Assembly (NCBI GenBank): GCA_964429275.1
Contig: CAYSBJ010000002.1
Location: 176,245 to 240,244 of the forward strand
Direction: 5' to 3'
Length of the DNA stretch: 64,000 nucleotides
DNA from: an uncultured Pseudomonadota bacterium
Lineage (GTDB): Bacteria > Babelota > Babeliae > Babelales > JAUPTZ01
In this document: one piece after another, positions 19,301 to 26,610 of the stretch
Layout: every line of letters begins with the position of its first letter
How positions within the stretch are numbered: position 1 is the stretch's first letter
Notes under the pieces: model-generated
Told to the model about the DNA's origin: nothing
What the model saw: only the letters and a program-made list of their open reading frames with translations
Database searches by the model: none
Program-made: the position numbers and the translations under genes

Positions 19301-19512
19301 GGAACCGGGGGCCGACCAGCTTTGCCGGCAGAAAAATCAGCTGCTTGTAGTGCTGGCGGTGCCGTAACTGCCGAGGTTAAAGCCTGCTTTTGTGTGGCGC
19401 GGCGTTGAAATTCACTAGCGTTAAGAGCGTCTATTCCTGAGAGAGGTTTTGCCGCCAATACATCGATAGGGGGGGTGATAAAAATAAGGACTAAAATGGC
19501 GAGTAAGTTCAT
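13315..19512 (-). CDS. Giant (2065 aa) secreted repeat protein of unknown function.
   Basis: Uninterrupted 6.2-kb ORF. Signal peptide MNLLAILVLIFITPPIDVLAA. Internal module repeats and low-complexity Met/Gly, poly-Lys and acidic tracts. Confidence 0.8.
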   Translation of the reverse strand: MNLLAILVLIFITPPIDVLAAKPLSGIDALNASEFQRRATQKQALTSAVTAPPALQAADFSAGKAGRPPVPPMPTSINGLNDVQANIFSSLKLLLPAISTPTTCANAFEEMTKFISTGFTHKNRSDDIAANPELQAAFLAVAYAAPSREQLQQALTSEQFNKAEDEGKKFYFTLTRSAWTPLKIEENPTLKNQYVNARDRYANYHDIALSLAGQEARTEFQKASSASERMNPYEVPNTASGTATHFTSLVKSLQKADKAGIFDQNQAAVLDLQKALDKLDLPAISSMLSPEGQTLLKEFATTAQNIAQKSAEQVVADRIKKRSDEILSFVAGKEPAADELHEMARELAEALYAQPTDLSTTEKKIFNPKFFAQPGNIQLLSAYLMRMNVLLTQALSTPTSNLLSSTTESYFLPILWLPSEFFDGIKAQLTHNTLSNHDRDTFINVMATLLTTLNANSVTFGIKKSYGTNTIESLTKQTNDLAIGSATEQAVYNQIAQYNNFIKAIVLEIAAKNNITFALSAAPVTDDGKKVSFSDVLASNSTLFSSNMSPIEAYSIVIGAFNKVLSGNRDLIVGNAKMYTCLLSQETAIEPETIPVSIQKTLKPADVMATNLFFILQKGIRTQIEATTKVRFATTKQTLIEQEILTPFYLLLFALYQPSTAADFTLKTDLFTSDKTLANLAKQLSAFSVVLNQDDRPNIAQTIQNSAIVRSALYIPAFLNIPRDFFTNARAISDEKMRYSISQDGYRAIDKLLAIENGNTTLIQPLTALRDLFKQIGTNESELALLRTLKENTTAITAATQKIDTLSGTDQQTLVDAFTTDAIQVTKMLDDNQSRTFIGFNWEANALFFNEDGFFIKTIPTGLDSEARKATQSLLEVIRNNPKDLNYAERPDFEEIRTQINDLTNKLNRDIKAAAEALPEKAKNLNTILAASFLNLKGLKTYDQGAMSIYAQLKEQDNRKLIGDHKELYNTFFSPAGIFCLPDGVDISKPDQTQFDGITIQAGLSLFECMKKNDDDLGYKKDDLVKNLIAKGHAFFQALNAQTTTAKPSADGQAAPTQAEAKAQVEETTNALKTSATIDGSDAAAAKQLMTYVQQYAADLLNKKKIGNFCASVAKQVDTKKERAAVNANPEVRNFLFSAQGLFPDTTTQFKFSYIPPDGLDQALNLYNMLKDNANEFGVTSKTAAVDPFLKGVNDILEVLNKLKEMSDDPSVNYEDVESYVFITPDPTTKKTQGYIPIDLQIMIGNDDPVKDIGPQITEASLRDNGWTTKQISIYNYIYKEGYKKTHSDSTANFYAAITILDGMCKRLDQNESLLKKGALKRFLELRRIMDKTPLINAFRNTVLGINRLPSDIHKPQWKAQKEQMLEYYKNLSENARKYSMDSQSQARIKIIVDLFTSDPSKQLTRAQDEVYDGDVDPAASMINVNGMMLPMAGSMVTASMLNGNTGKGAQNATNNAMGMPMVSPFMMPGMGMGMMPGMSMMPGMGMGMMPGIMGGGQDVANIAQNAAQMAVMQAELTDLKIAQATGKAGTSENDVKKKKKKGKKKNSEESDDEDNEEDEPTEEELENMNIDYDDKSENITDENARVKGYMKFFNAGAYWLSKPDKIGLFCEKALELLGNTTKLKAIRQKIWNTIIPAVIDNITTTDRTKIKGPGPLHTVIFSAKGLLPPADKIAQNIDSENLKKAITLYSWLNDKSNWGNIGISNSLHIQNKIAQILKALKAQSTDSIDGDQDPSGVVDDEARIARYIKFFKTAPQYLADASLIGDFCAKARSILSGTNKAIALSEKIWNTFTPEIINALNTTDRTKIKEPGDLHSAIFSTEGLLPDIKNKPESIVSGMEATQLQSAIQLYQYIVDNPTNLGISDNENAQMRATAILKYLQKADRDTKYLTENSKDLQSPAKIGTYCTRALSILKEHTLGILDRNRNRRKKDVEFRTAVFSAEGLLPETLAIDIPTDGLAKALLLYAYIKNHPKKLGIIDDATIQSKAASLLDSLTRQKNVKAATLELKAKMNSVVSTVSVPAVPTFSRDKIMAQTTPTAMSNTTSTSKPLAPAIVPHAAAPAA

Positions 19513-19627
19513 GCCGGTGTTTCCTCTTACAAATATGAGAGAGATGCTTATCGCGCATGGTAAAAATAAATGGCGAGCGAGCTCAATGGTTTAGAACAAC
19601 TCTATTCGTATACAGTTTGTGGCCTTT

Positions 19628-21118
19628 TTAAAATATATGGCACAGTGAGCAAGAGAAGCCGTAGCCTCCAACGCCGAAAGTCTGTGCGCCGGTGAAGGAA
19701 TAATAGCCACGAAGCTGCAATGTGCTGTGGGAGAATTTTGGCAGTGGCACGCAGCGAGCGGAGAAAGAGACGGTGTGTGTCATTTGCATCGGCGTTGCAG
19801 CAGCATCAAAGTAAAGCATGTCGCTGGTAAGTGAGCTGTTGCTCCCGAAAGCGCTATCATTTGCTAAGTCAAAAATGTCGTACGCTGAGCCTGCAATTTG
19901 GCTATACGAGAGCTTAGAAAGTGCATATACACCAGCTGGCCAGCTCGAAAGTCCCGATACTTTCTCTTCGCTGGCACGGCTAAAGCGGTATTCAACAGTG
20001 CCAGTGAGTGCTTTGTACTGTGCGTTGAGACCGACATTAAGTTCAATACTGGTGCCGGGAGTAACGCTGACAACTTGGGTAAGAAGGTTTATAAGAGGGA
20101 AGAGGCGACGTGCATTTTGTTTGCCGCCGAGTGCGTAGCGTGCAAAGGCAACATCACTGGTGTCGAGTAAAAAACTAGGCGAACGGACCTCTTGTGTGCT
20201 TACACCAGCACGTATAGTAGCATCCGCAGAGCAACCAACAGTAATTGCGTTTAGAGAGAAGAAATTAGTGCTGGCGCGCCCATGAAGCCCAAATAATGGA
20301 TGGCCAGCACTTCCCAGCGTTGGCTCGAATAAGTACACACCATGTGATCGGCTGGTGGTTGGTAGTACGGCAAGGAGGCCAACTTGCACTACAACTTCGT
20401 CGCTTATGTTGGGCGTCAGGAGGCAGAGGAGTGTGATGTCCGCTAGACCTTGTATGGATTGCTTGTTGGTGAGTTTACCGTATTGAAGTGCATCTTGCTG
20501 GTCAGGACTGTTGCCTGCCTCTTGCTTGAGAGCGCCAGTAAAGAAGTCCATGACGTTGTAAAGGGTGCCATTAACTGTTTCGCTGGTATTGTTGGTAGTT
20601 GCGAGACCCATTACATGGTTTTTCTGCATCCATGGCATGATGGTATGAACTGTTACCCATTTGTCGATGCAGACAGAATTCGTAAAAATAACGCCGTATT
20701 GCTCAATATACGGGCTAAAAGTGATAGTTGCTTGAAGTGGGGTAGCAGCCGGGTTGCTCCAATTGTTAGCGTTTGCCGAATTATGAATGATGTTTTGCGG
20801 GGTCAGGCTATGTGGCTTTGTTAGGTCAGCAGTGACGCGCAAGAAGGGGCAAATATTGCCGCTGTTGGTATCATAAAAACCGAAGTAATTTCCGAGCGTT
20901 TTCTTTGCAGTGCTCTTCCAATAAAAACCTTCAAGGCCAACGGCGGTTTGCAATGAGTGGCTTGTGGGTTTTTTCCCTTGATTAAAAGGAAGGCTGCTTA
21001 TGCTAAGCCAGAGAGGGGCGTTTGGTGATTTATAAAAAGTTTTTGAAGTAGGGGGTGTGGCGGCGTTTGCGGCTATGGCGAGAAGAGTGAGAAAGAAGAG
21101 TGGTTTTACTATGCGCAT
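19628..21118 (-). CDS. Beta-barrel outer-membrane protein paralog (divergent).
   Basis: Start placed at MRIVKPLFFLTLLAIAANA, preceded by AAGGAG. Blocks MDFFTGAL and FEPTLGSAGH. C-terminal ...LCHIF. Confidence 0.7.
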   Translation of the reverse strand: MRIVKPLFFLTLLAIAANAATPPTSKTFYKSPNAPLWLSISSLPFNQGKKPTSHSLQTAVGLEGFYWKSTAKKTLGNYFGFYDTNSGNICPFLRVTADLTKPHSLTPQNIIHNSANANNWSNPAATPLQATITFSPYIEQYGVIFTNSVCIDKWVTVHTIMPWMQKNHVMGLATTNNTSETVNGTLYNVMDFFTGALKQEAGNSPDQQDALQYGKLTNKQSIQGLADITLLCLLTPNISDEVVVQVGLLAVLPTTSRSHGVYLFEPTLGSAGHPLFGLHGRASTNFFSLNAITVGCSADATIRAGVSTQEVRSPSFLLDTSDVAFARYALGGKQNARRLFPLINLLTQVVSVTPGTSIELNVGLNAQYKALTGTVEYRFSRASEEKVSGLSSWPAGVYALSKLSYSQIAGSAYDIFDLANDSAFGSNSSLTSDMLYFDAAATPMQMTHTVSFSARCVPLPKFSHSTLQLRGYYSFTGAQTFGVGGYGFSCSLCHIF

Positions 21119-21240
21119 GGGGCTCCTTTTTTGGCGGTAGTAAAGCAGTTTTGTCTGCTTCTGCGCAATCATATAAATAAAATAAGTAGAATGACTTTAT
21201 TGCAGTCGCAGGTAAGGTGGTATAGGTAAAACGTTATAGG

Positions 21241-21285
21241 CAAAAACAAAAGAGGAGGCGATGCCTGAGCCCCGCCTCCTCTTTT
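21241..21285 (-). terminator. Intrinsic terminator downstream of the OMP gene 21322..23322.
   Basis: AAAGAGGAGGCG ... CGCCTCCTCTTT forms a 12-bp stem, followed on the minus strand by TTTTGTTTTTG. Confidence 0.65.
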
Positions 21286-21321
21286 GTGCATGATAGTGCA
21301 TGCTACACAATATTCATTGTG

Positions 21322-23322
21322 TTAGAACGAAATACCGACCTTCGCCCACACTTTGTAGCCTTCAAGCGCTGAATTGCGGCTCGACGCTTGGAATTCGCCT
21401 TGACCGCCAATACCAACTACCATTGGGAAGTTGCCATTGAACTTGTAACTTACGCCACCAACAACGCTGTGTGTCATTTGGTTGCTAGTTACGCCAGGTG
21501 TGCTGGTAGTGTTGTAACGAACAGCCAATTTAGCTGCTTGTGCAACGTTACCACCTTTTAAGCTGCTGGCGTTAGTAGAGTCAGCAAGCTGTTGTACAAG
21601 GTTTGAGGATGATGAACCAGCAGCTTGAATTGGCCCGTTCAAGCTGGTAAATGCACCTGGATAAACGTTGTCTGATAGGCCATTCCCTGCAAGTGCCGTG
21701 CTTGGCAAAATATAAGGAGTGCCGCCAGCATCACCGTTAGAACCGATTACGTAACCATGTTTGGTTGCTTGTGAAAAATCGTCTGCATAATCGTCAGGAG
21801 ACAGGCCACCAGAGTCGTCACCGATGAAACCACCATTGTGGTTTACGGTTGTGCCGCTTACGTATGAAGTACCACCGACCACGTAGTGTGTTGTGTCACC
21901 AACTGTAGCTGGCACTGCAGTGTTCATGCTGTAGTGTGGGTGTGCAAGAGCAAACTTATCATTTGTCCATGCGCCAGACTTCATCGTCACAACATCTTGT
22001 TGATGCCAGTAGAAGTTGTAACCAAGATTTGCAGAGAAGTTTTTATACTTTGCGCAAAAGCCAGCCACTGCATCTACTTGGTTGCGTGGGGTTACATCAT
22101 GGTTTACGGTGAGTACGTTTGCTGCTGGTTGTACACCAGTTACGCCGTTTTGCATAACCAAGCGATACGAACTTGCTGGCAATACAACCAAGTTAGTGAG
22201 GTCGTAAATACCCATTGTGCGCATTTCGGTCGCTTTAAAGAAGTACTTCCAGTTAACAGAGAGGTCGAAGCCTATGCATACGCCTTTTTTGTTATAAAGA
22301 TCTGCATGTACAAATCCTTGTGCGCCAGCACCTACGTGCCCACGAGCACCGTAGAGGGGCTCAAAAAGACGTGTCATAGTCGGCTTGTTGCTGGTAGGTA
22401 TTTGCACCGCAGCGCCAATGCCAAATGACAAGGCGTTCATTTTAGCAAACTTAAAGCCGTAGTTCATTGCAATTTCAAGATCAGCAAGACCGGTTGCTGT
22501 TGCATAGGTATTGTTGATGAGATTCTTGCTAAGTGCGGCTTGAATTACGTGCAAATTGCTGCCTGTTCTTGCAACACTTACTGCGCCATTGAAGTAGTCT
22601 TTCAGTGTTGATCCTGAAGGGCCGTCTTCTGCTGGAATAGATGTTGCATAGGTGTTTGTTGTGTTTGCTCTCATGCTGCTGCGTACTTGAACAATTGGCG
22701 CACGTACGGAGAACGAAAGGCCCTTGAATAAAGCATCAAGTGATTGGTGCCAGCCAAGATGCGCGCCATATTCCTGACGAATTGGAGACAGAGCTACCGT
22801 GCCGTAGGCTGGTACGCGGTTTGATGCAGTATCAGCGGTAGATCCGTCCTCTAGGAGTCCAGCTGATTTAGCAAGGCTTGAACCGTCTGAGTTTGGCGAC
22901 TGTATGACGTTTGTGTTATAGAGAGCACTTCCCACCGTCGATGCGGTTGGTACGCCAGCAGTTACCGTAATAGCGCCAGTAGTACCCATACCAAACAGAT
23001 ATGCAAGATCGGCAGAATTGCTTGTTTGAGTATAGAATGGGGTTGCTGTTATGCAAGCGCCAAGTTTATTGCAGTTCTTTTTCTTCGCGACGCGATCTCT
23101 TCTGCCAGCTTTAACGTATTCTTGGTCTTTAGCTTTGCATTCTATTTCGCAGTCCTTTTCTGCCTTGCACGATGGATGGCTGCCGTTTACCCATTCCATG
23201 CCAGCGTTCGCAAGCGCATCGCGGTGTGCGATAAACGTCTTACCATTGCTGAGTGCAGCGTCTGCACAGGCAGTACTTGCAAGCATTGCTGCAAGCAGGC
23301 CTTTTATTAGTTTGTTCTTCAT
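21322..23322 (-). CDS. Beta-barrel outer-membrane protein paralog, the largest copy, with a Cys-rich insert.
   Basis: Signal peptide. Blocks KTFIAHRD, ATPFYTQTSNSADLAYLFG, KDYFNGAV, FEPLYGARGH, QPAANVLTV. C-terminal VWAKVGISF. Confidence 0.75.
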   Translation of the reverse strand: MKNKLIKGLLAAMLASTACADAALSNGKTFIAHRDALANAGMEWVNGSHPSCKAEKDCEIECKAKDQEYVKAGRRDRVAKKKNCNKLGACITATPFYTQTSNSADLAYLFGMGTTGAITVTAGVPTASTVGSALYNTNVIQSPNSDGSSLAKSAGLLEDGSTADTASNRVPAYGTVALSPIRQEYGAHLGWHQSLDALFKGLSFSVRAPIVQVRSSMRANTTNTYATSIPAEDGPSGSTLKDYFNGAVSVARTGSNLHVIQAALSKNLINNTYATATGLADLEIAMNYGFKFAKMNALSFGIGAAVQIPTSNKPTMTRLFEPLYGARGHVGAGAQGFVHADLYNKKGVCIGFDLSVNWKYFFKATEMRTMGIYDLTNLVVLPASSYRLVMQNGVTGVQPAANVLTVNHDVTPRNQVDAVAGFCAKYKNFSANLGYNFYWHQQDVVTMKSGAWTNDKFALAHPHYSMNTAVPATVGDTTHYVVGGTSYVSGTTVNHNGGFIGDDSGGLSPDDYADDFSQATKHGYVIGSNGDAGGTPYILPSTALAGNGLSDNVYPGAFTSLNGPIQAAGSSSSNLVQQLADSTNASSLKGGNVAQAAKLAVRYNTTSTPGVTSNQMTHSVVGGVSYKFNGNFPMVVGIGGQGEFQASSRNSALEGYKVWAKVGISF

Positions 23323-23485
23323 TAGTTTACCTTCCTTTTTTTGTGTAGCAATTCACTGTCCACTGCAGCCAGGGATTTGACTATAGACGATAGCGCAGCC
23401 CCGGTCTGTTTAAGTAGCCATGTTTTTGAGTAAAAGATGCGTTACTTATGGCATGGATACTGTGGGAGTGAAATTTTTTAAACTT

Positions 23486-25300
23486 TTAAAATTGTATGCC
23501 AATTTTTGTCCATACTTTTATGTTTTCTAGCGCGCTATTGCGGTTTGACTCCTGTACCTCTATCAAGCCGCCAAGGCCAAGAATAATTGGGTAACGAGCA
23601 TCGATGCGGTAGCTTACGCCACCAACCAAGCTGTGCGTGATTTGTGCGGCAGTGACAGCATGTGCGCTTGTAATCGTGTATTGAACTGCTTGAGTTCCGC
23701 TGCCGGCGCTGTCAACGCCAGTTGAGCCACTCGGCGTGCGATTTACGAGCGCAGAGGTTGATCGGCCGTCGTTTTGGATCGGGCCTTTCATGCTGAAGAA
23801 AGCCCCCGGAAATACGGTATTGGTTGCTGATGCTACCTGGGCGTTTGTTGCGCGTGCTGGGGAGCCAGACGGGTTGGCGTTTGCACCAATAATGTTTTGG
23901 TGTTTAGTGATTGGTGAATTTCCGTCAAGGTGGCCGCTGTTCCAGCTTGCGGTACGGGATGAATGAACTATATTGCTGCTACCATCGAGTGATGTTCCGC
24001 CGATAACAAAGGTTCCCAGTGCATTGGCATACATGCTGTAATGGTTATGGGCAAAGGCGTACGTATCGTCAACCCAGCTTGTTGCGCTTTTTAGTGATAC
24101 TTTTTCTTCTTGGTGCCAATATAAGTTATAAGCGATGTCAAAGGTCCAACGATCCCAGGAGGTGCTGGCGCCGATAAGACCGTCGAATTGGAATCCTGGC
24201 TTTACTGTGTGGTCAAGGGACATAACGTTGGCGGCTGGTTGTACACCAGAATAAATATTTTGCACGATGAGGCGATATGGGCTTGCTGGCAGCACAACGG
24301 CGTTAGTGCGGTCGTAGACGCTTGCAATGCGCCGCTCAGTGCCTTCAAAAAAGTATTTAAGGTCTCCAAGGACATCAATCCGGACGGTGACGCCATCTTG
24401 CTCAAGTGCTTTTAATTGGAGCAAGCCGTTTATGCCAGCTGCTACGTGGAGGCGGGCGCCTAGTTGCGGTTCAAACATATATTCGTTGGAGGCAGCAGCG
24501 CCGGTAGGTAATTGGAGGCTGCCGCCGACGGTACAATTAAACCGATCATTGGTGTAGCAATTCCAATCTAATCGAAGGTCAACGTCAGCTAAACCAAAAG
24601 TTTGTACGAGTGTATTGCTAATTTTTCCACGAGTTAGTTTGCGTTGTAGTACATGCGAACTAATGGCCGGTCCTTTTTCGAGATTGCCCGAAAAGTAATC
24701 TTTCAGGGTTGCGCCGGTAATGCCGTCTGTTGAAGGAATCAACGACGGTGTGGAGTTTGAATCATTCGGCCGCATGCCGGCTTGAACGTTTATGATTGGT
24801 GCTAGGATGCGGACGCGGAGTCCTTTGAGAATATTATTGAGTGATTGATCCCATCCCAGGTATACGCCTTCGACGCAGCGTTGTGGCGAAAGTTGAAGTC
24901 TTCCACTCATTGGCTTTTGAGTGGCGCTTGAGCCATCACAGTTTGGGCAGTGATCGATACTAAAGCCATAGAGTTCTTGGTGAAAGGTAGAGCCGTAATT
25001 GTCTGTTGTGCCGGATAGGGGAATGCTAGAGACTGAGATTCCGGTGGCGCCCCCGGTACCAAATAAAATAGCAAGCTCCTCGCTATTGATTGTTTGGCTG
25101 TAAAGAGGAGTAGCGGTGAGGAGGCCGCCCATTTCTGTTTCACTTTTGGTGTTTCTATAGTGGTTATTAGTGGTCCATTCTATGGCTTGATATGCCAATT
25201 CATCTCGATGCGCAATGAACGTACGATTACTGAGTGTGATGCTTAAAAGAGGGGTGGTGGCCGCGGTCAGGAGGACCAGGCCTTGAAGTATCTTTTTCAT
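23486..25300 (-). CDS. Beta-barrel outer-membrane protein paralog.
   Basis: Blocks RTFIAHRD, ATPLYSQTINSEELAILFG, KDYFSGNL, FEPQLGARLH, QPAANVMSL. C-terminal VWTKIGIQF. Confidence 0.75.
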   Translation of the reverse strand: MKKILQGLVLLTAATTPLLSITLSNRTFIAHRDELAYQAIEWTTNNHYRNTKSETEMGGLLTATPLYSQTINSEELAILFGTGGATGISVSSIPLSGTTDNYGSTFHQELYGFSIDHCPNCDGSSATQKPMSGRLQLSPQRCVEGVYLGWDQSLNNILKGLRVRILAPIINVQAGMRPNDSNSTPSLIPSTDGITGATLKDYFSGNLEKGPAISSHVLQRKLTRGKISNTLVQTFGLADVDLRLDWNCYTNDRFNCTVGGSLQLPTGAAASNEYMFEPQLGARLHVAAGINGLLQLKALEQDGVTVRIDVLGDLKYFFEGTERRIASVYDRTNAVVLPASPYRLIVQNIYSGVQPAANVMSLDHTVKPGFQFDGLIGASTSWDRWTFDIAYNLYWHQEEKVSLKSATSWVDDTYAFAHNHYSMYANALGTFVIGGTSLDGSSNIVHSSRTASWNSGHLDGNSPITKHQNIIGANANPSGSPARATNAQVASATNTVFPGAFFSMKGPIQNDGRSTSALVNRTPSGSTGVDSAGSGTQAVQYTITSAHAVTAAQITHSLVGGVSYRIDARYPIILGLGGLIEVQESNRNSALENIKVWTKIGIQF

Positions 25301-25582
25301 GCGGCTTTTTCTCTCATTAGGCTAATAGTCGGGTAATTGGTGTGCTGCGAACGGTAGTATGAAACGACGCAAAAATGCAAGAGATTCGTCCTACATTTTT
25401 TCGTGGTCTATTTGTGTGCAGTCTGACGGCAGGAAAAAAGGCGTAATTTGACTGGGTATTTCCAACTTTTGTTGCAATTCATTCAAGAGATAGGTATCTT
25501 ACTTTGAACCTATTTTTCATATAGCTAAACAGAGAGCACACGTAAGCAGCAGAACCAGTTAGTTTTCTAGGGAGAATTTCAC

Positions 25583-26548
25583 ATGGTGGTAGAAAAAAGA
25601 CCGTATTTGATTGCCTTGTTAAGCCCCGTTGGTATGGGCATGCATGGGCAGGTTATGAATGGCGTTATGAGTTCCTCTCCGGTCAAGAACGATACATTTC
25701 GCGTATACCATTTTTTTTCACGAGGTTTGTCCGATCAGGCAATCACTCAGTCAGTAGAGCAGATACTTGAAGCACGCTTTTCCCTTATAATTACTATCGG
25801 TTTAAGCTGTGCTCTTGTTGCCAAAAAGGTTTTGGAACAAAAAAAAGTTACTATTCCCCATGTTTTTGTTGGAATCACCGATCCCTTCGCCTACGGACTG
25901 GGGGAAAGTCCGGAAGATCTTATTGCTCACAATATGACCGGCATCTTGTATAACGCATACGAAACTGAAAAATCAGCACAATTTTTGTGTGAAGCAAAGC
26001 CGCACATGAAGTCACTCTTGGTGGTTTCTGAGCAAATTAGCTTGAGTGGTGCGCATCGCCGCCCCGATTGGATAGCACAAGAGCTTGCCGCAATCAAATT
26101 GGTATGTGAGTCAAAAGGGGTCACGGTCAGCCATTATGCAGCTCCGACCCTTGCCGAGTTGTATACGTATGTGGAAAAAAATGTTGATAGGTTTGATACC
26201 CTTATGCTTCCAGAGGGAACCACAACGTTTAATATTTATGAATCGCTTGGTGATTTGTGTACCAAGTATAAAAAGACCCTGTTTAGTGGCCTTATTGAGC
26301 CGGTTGCGCGGAGTGCTGCACTTGGATACGGTGCTTCATACGAATCGATGGGAGAGTATGCGGTTGAATATGCATACAAACTTCTTGTTGAAGGGGTGCC
26401 TCTGAGCAAGTTGCCGTTGTTTCGTGACTTGAAAGGTCGCCAGGCGGTAGTAAATACCGAAGTAGCACGCAAGCAAGATCTTGATCCAGAACATCTTGAA
26501 AAAGTGTGCCGTAAGTGGGATGGATTGATTTTTAGATCACTCCACTAA
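25583..26548 (+). CDS. Substrate-binding-fold protein (PF04392-like) with no signal peptide.
   Basis: VGITDPFAYGLGESPEDLIAHNMTGILY corresponds to the family DPVG...TGV block. GGGAGA Shine-Dalgarno site. Confidence 0.55.
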   Translation: MVVEKRPYLIALLSPVGMGMHGQVMNGVMSSSPVKNDTFRVYHFFSRGLSDQAITQSVEQILEARFSLIITIGLSCALVAKKVLEQKKVTIPHVFVGITDPFAYGLGESPEDLIAHNMTGILYNAYETEKSAQFLCEAKPHMKSLLVVSEQISLSGAHRRPDWIAQELAAIKLVCESKGVTVSHYAAPTLAELYTYVEKNVDRFDTLMLPEGTTTFNIYESLGDLCTKYKKTLFSGLIEPVARSAALGYGASYESMGEYAVEYAYKLLVEGVPLSKLPLFRDLKGRQAVVNTEVARKQDLDPEHLEKVCRKWDGLIFRSLH

Positions 26549-26554
26549 GAATTT

Positions 26555-26597
26555 AAAAACAAAAGAGGCCGGGATTTTTCCCGGCCTCTTTTGTTTT
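26555..26597. terminator. Bidirectional intrinsic terminator.
   Basis: An A-run, then GAGGCCGGG-ATTTTT-CCCGGCCTC, then TTTTGTTTT. Confidence 0.7.
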
Positions 26598-26610
26598 AGT
26601 CGGTGGAAAA

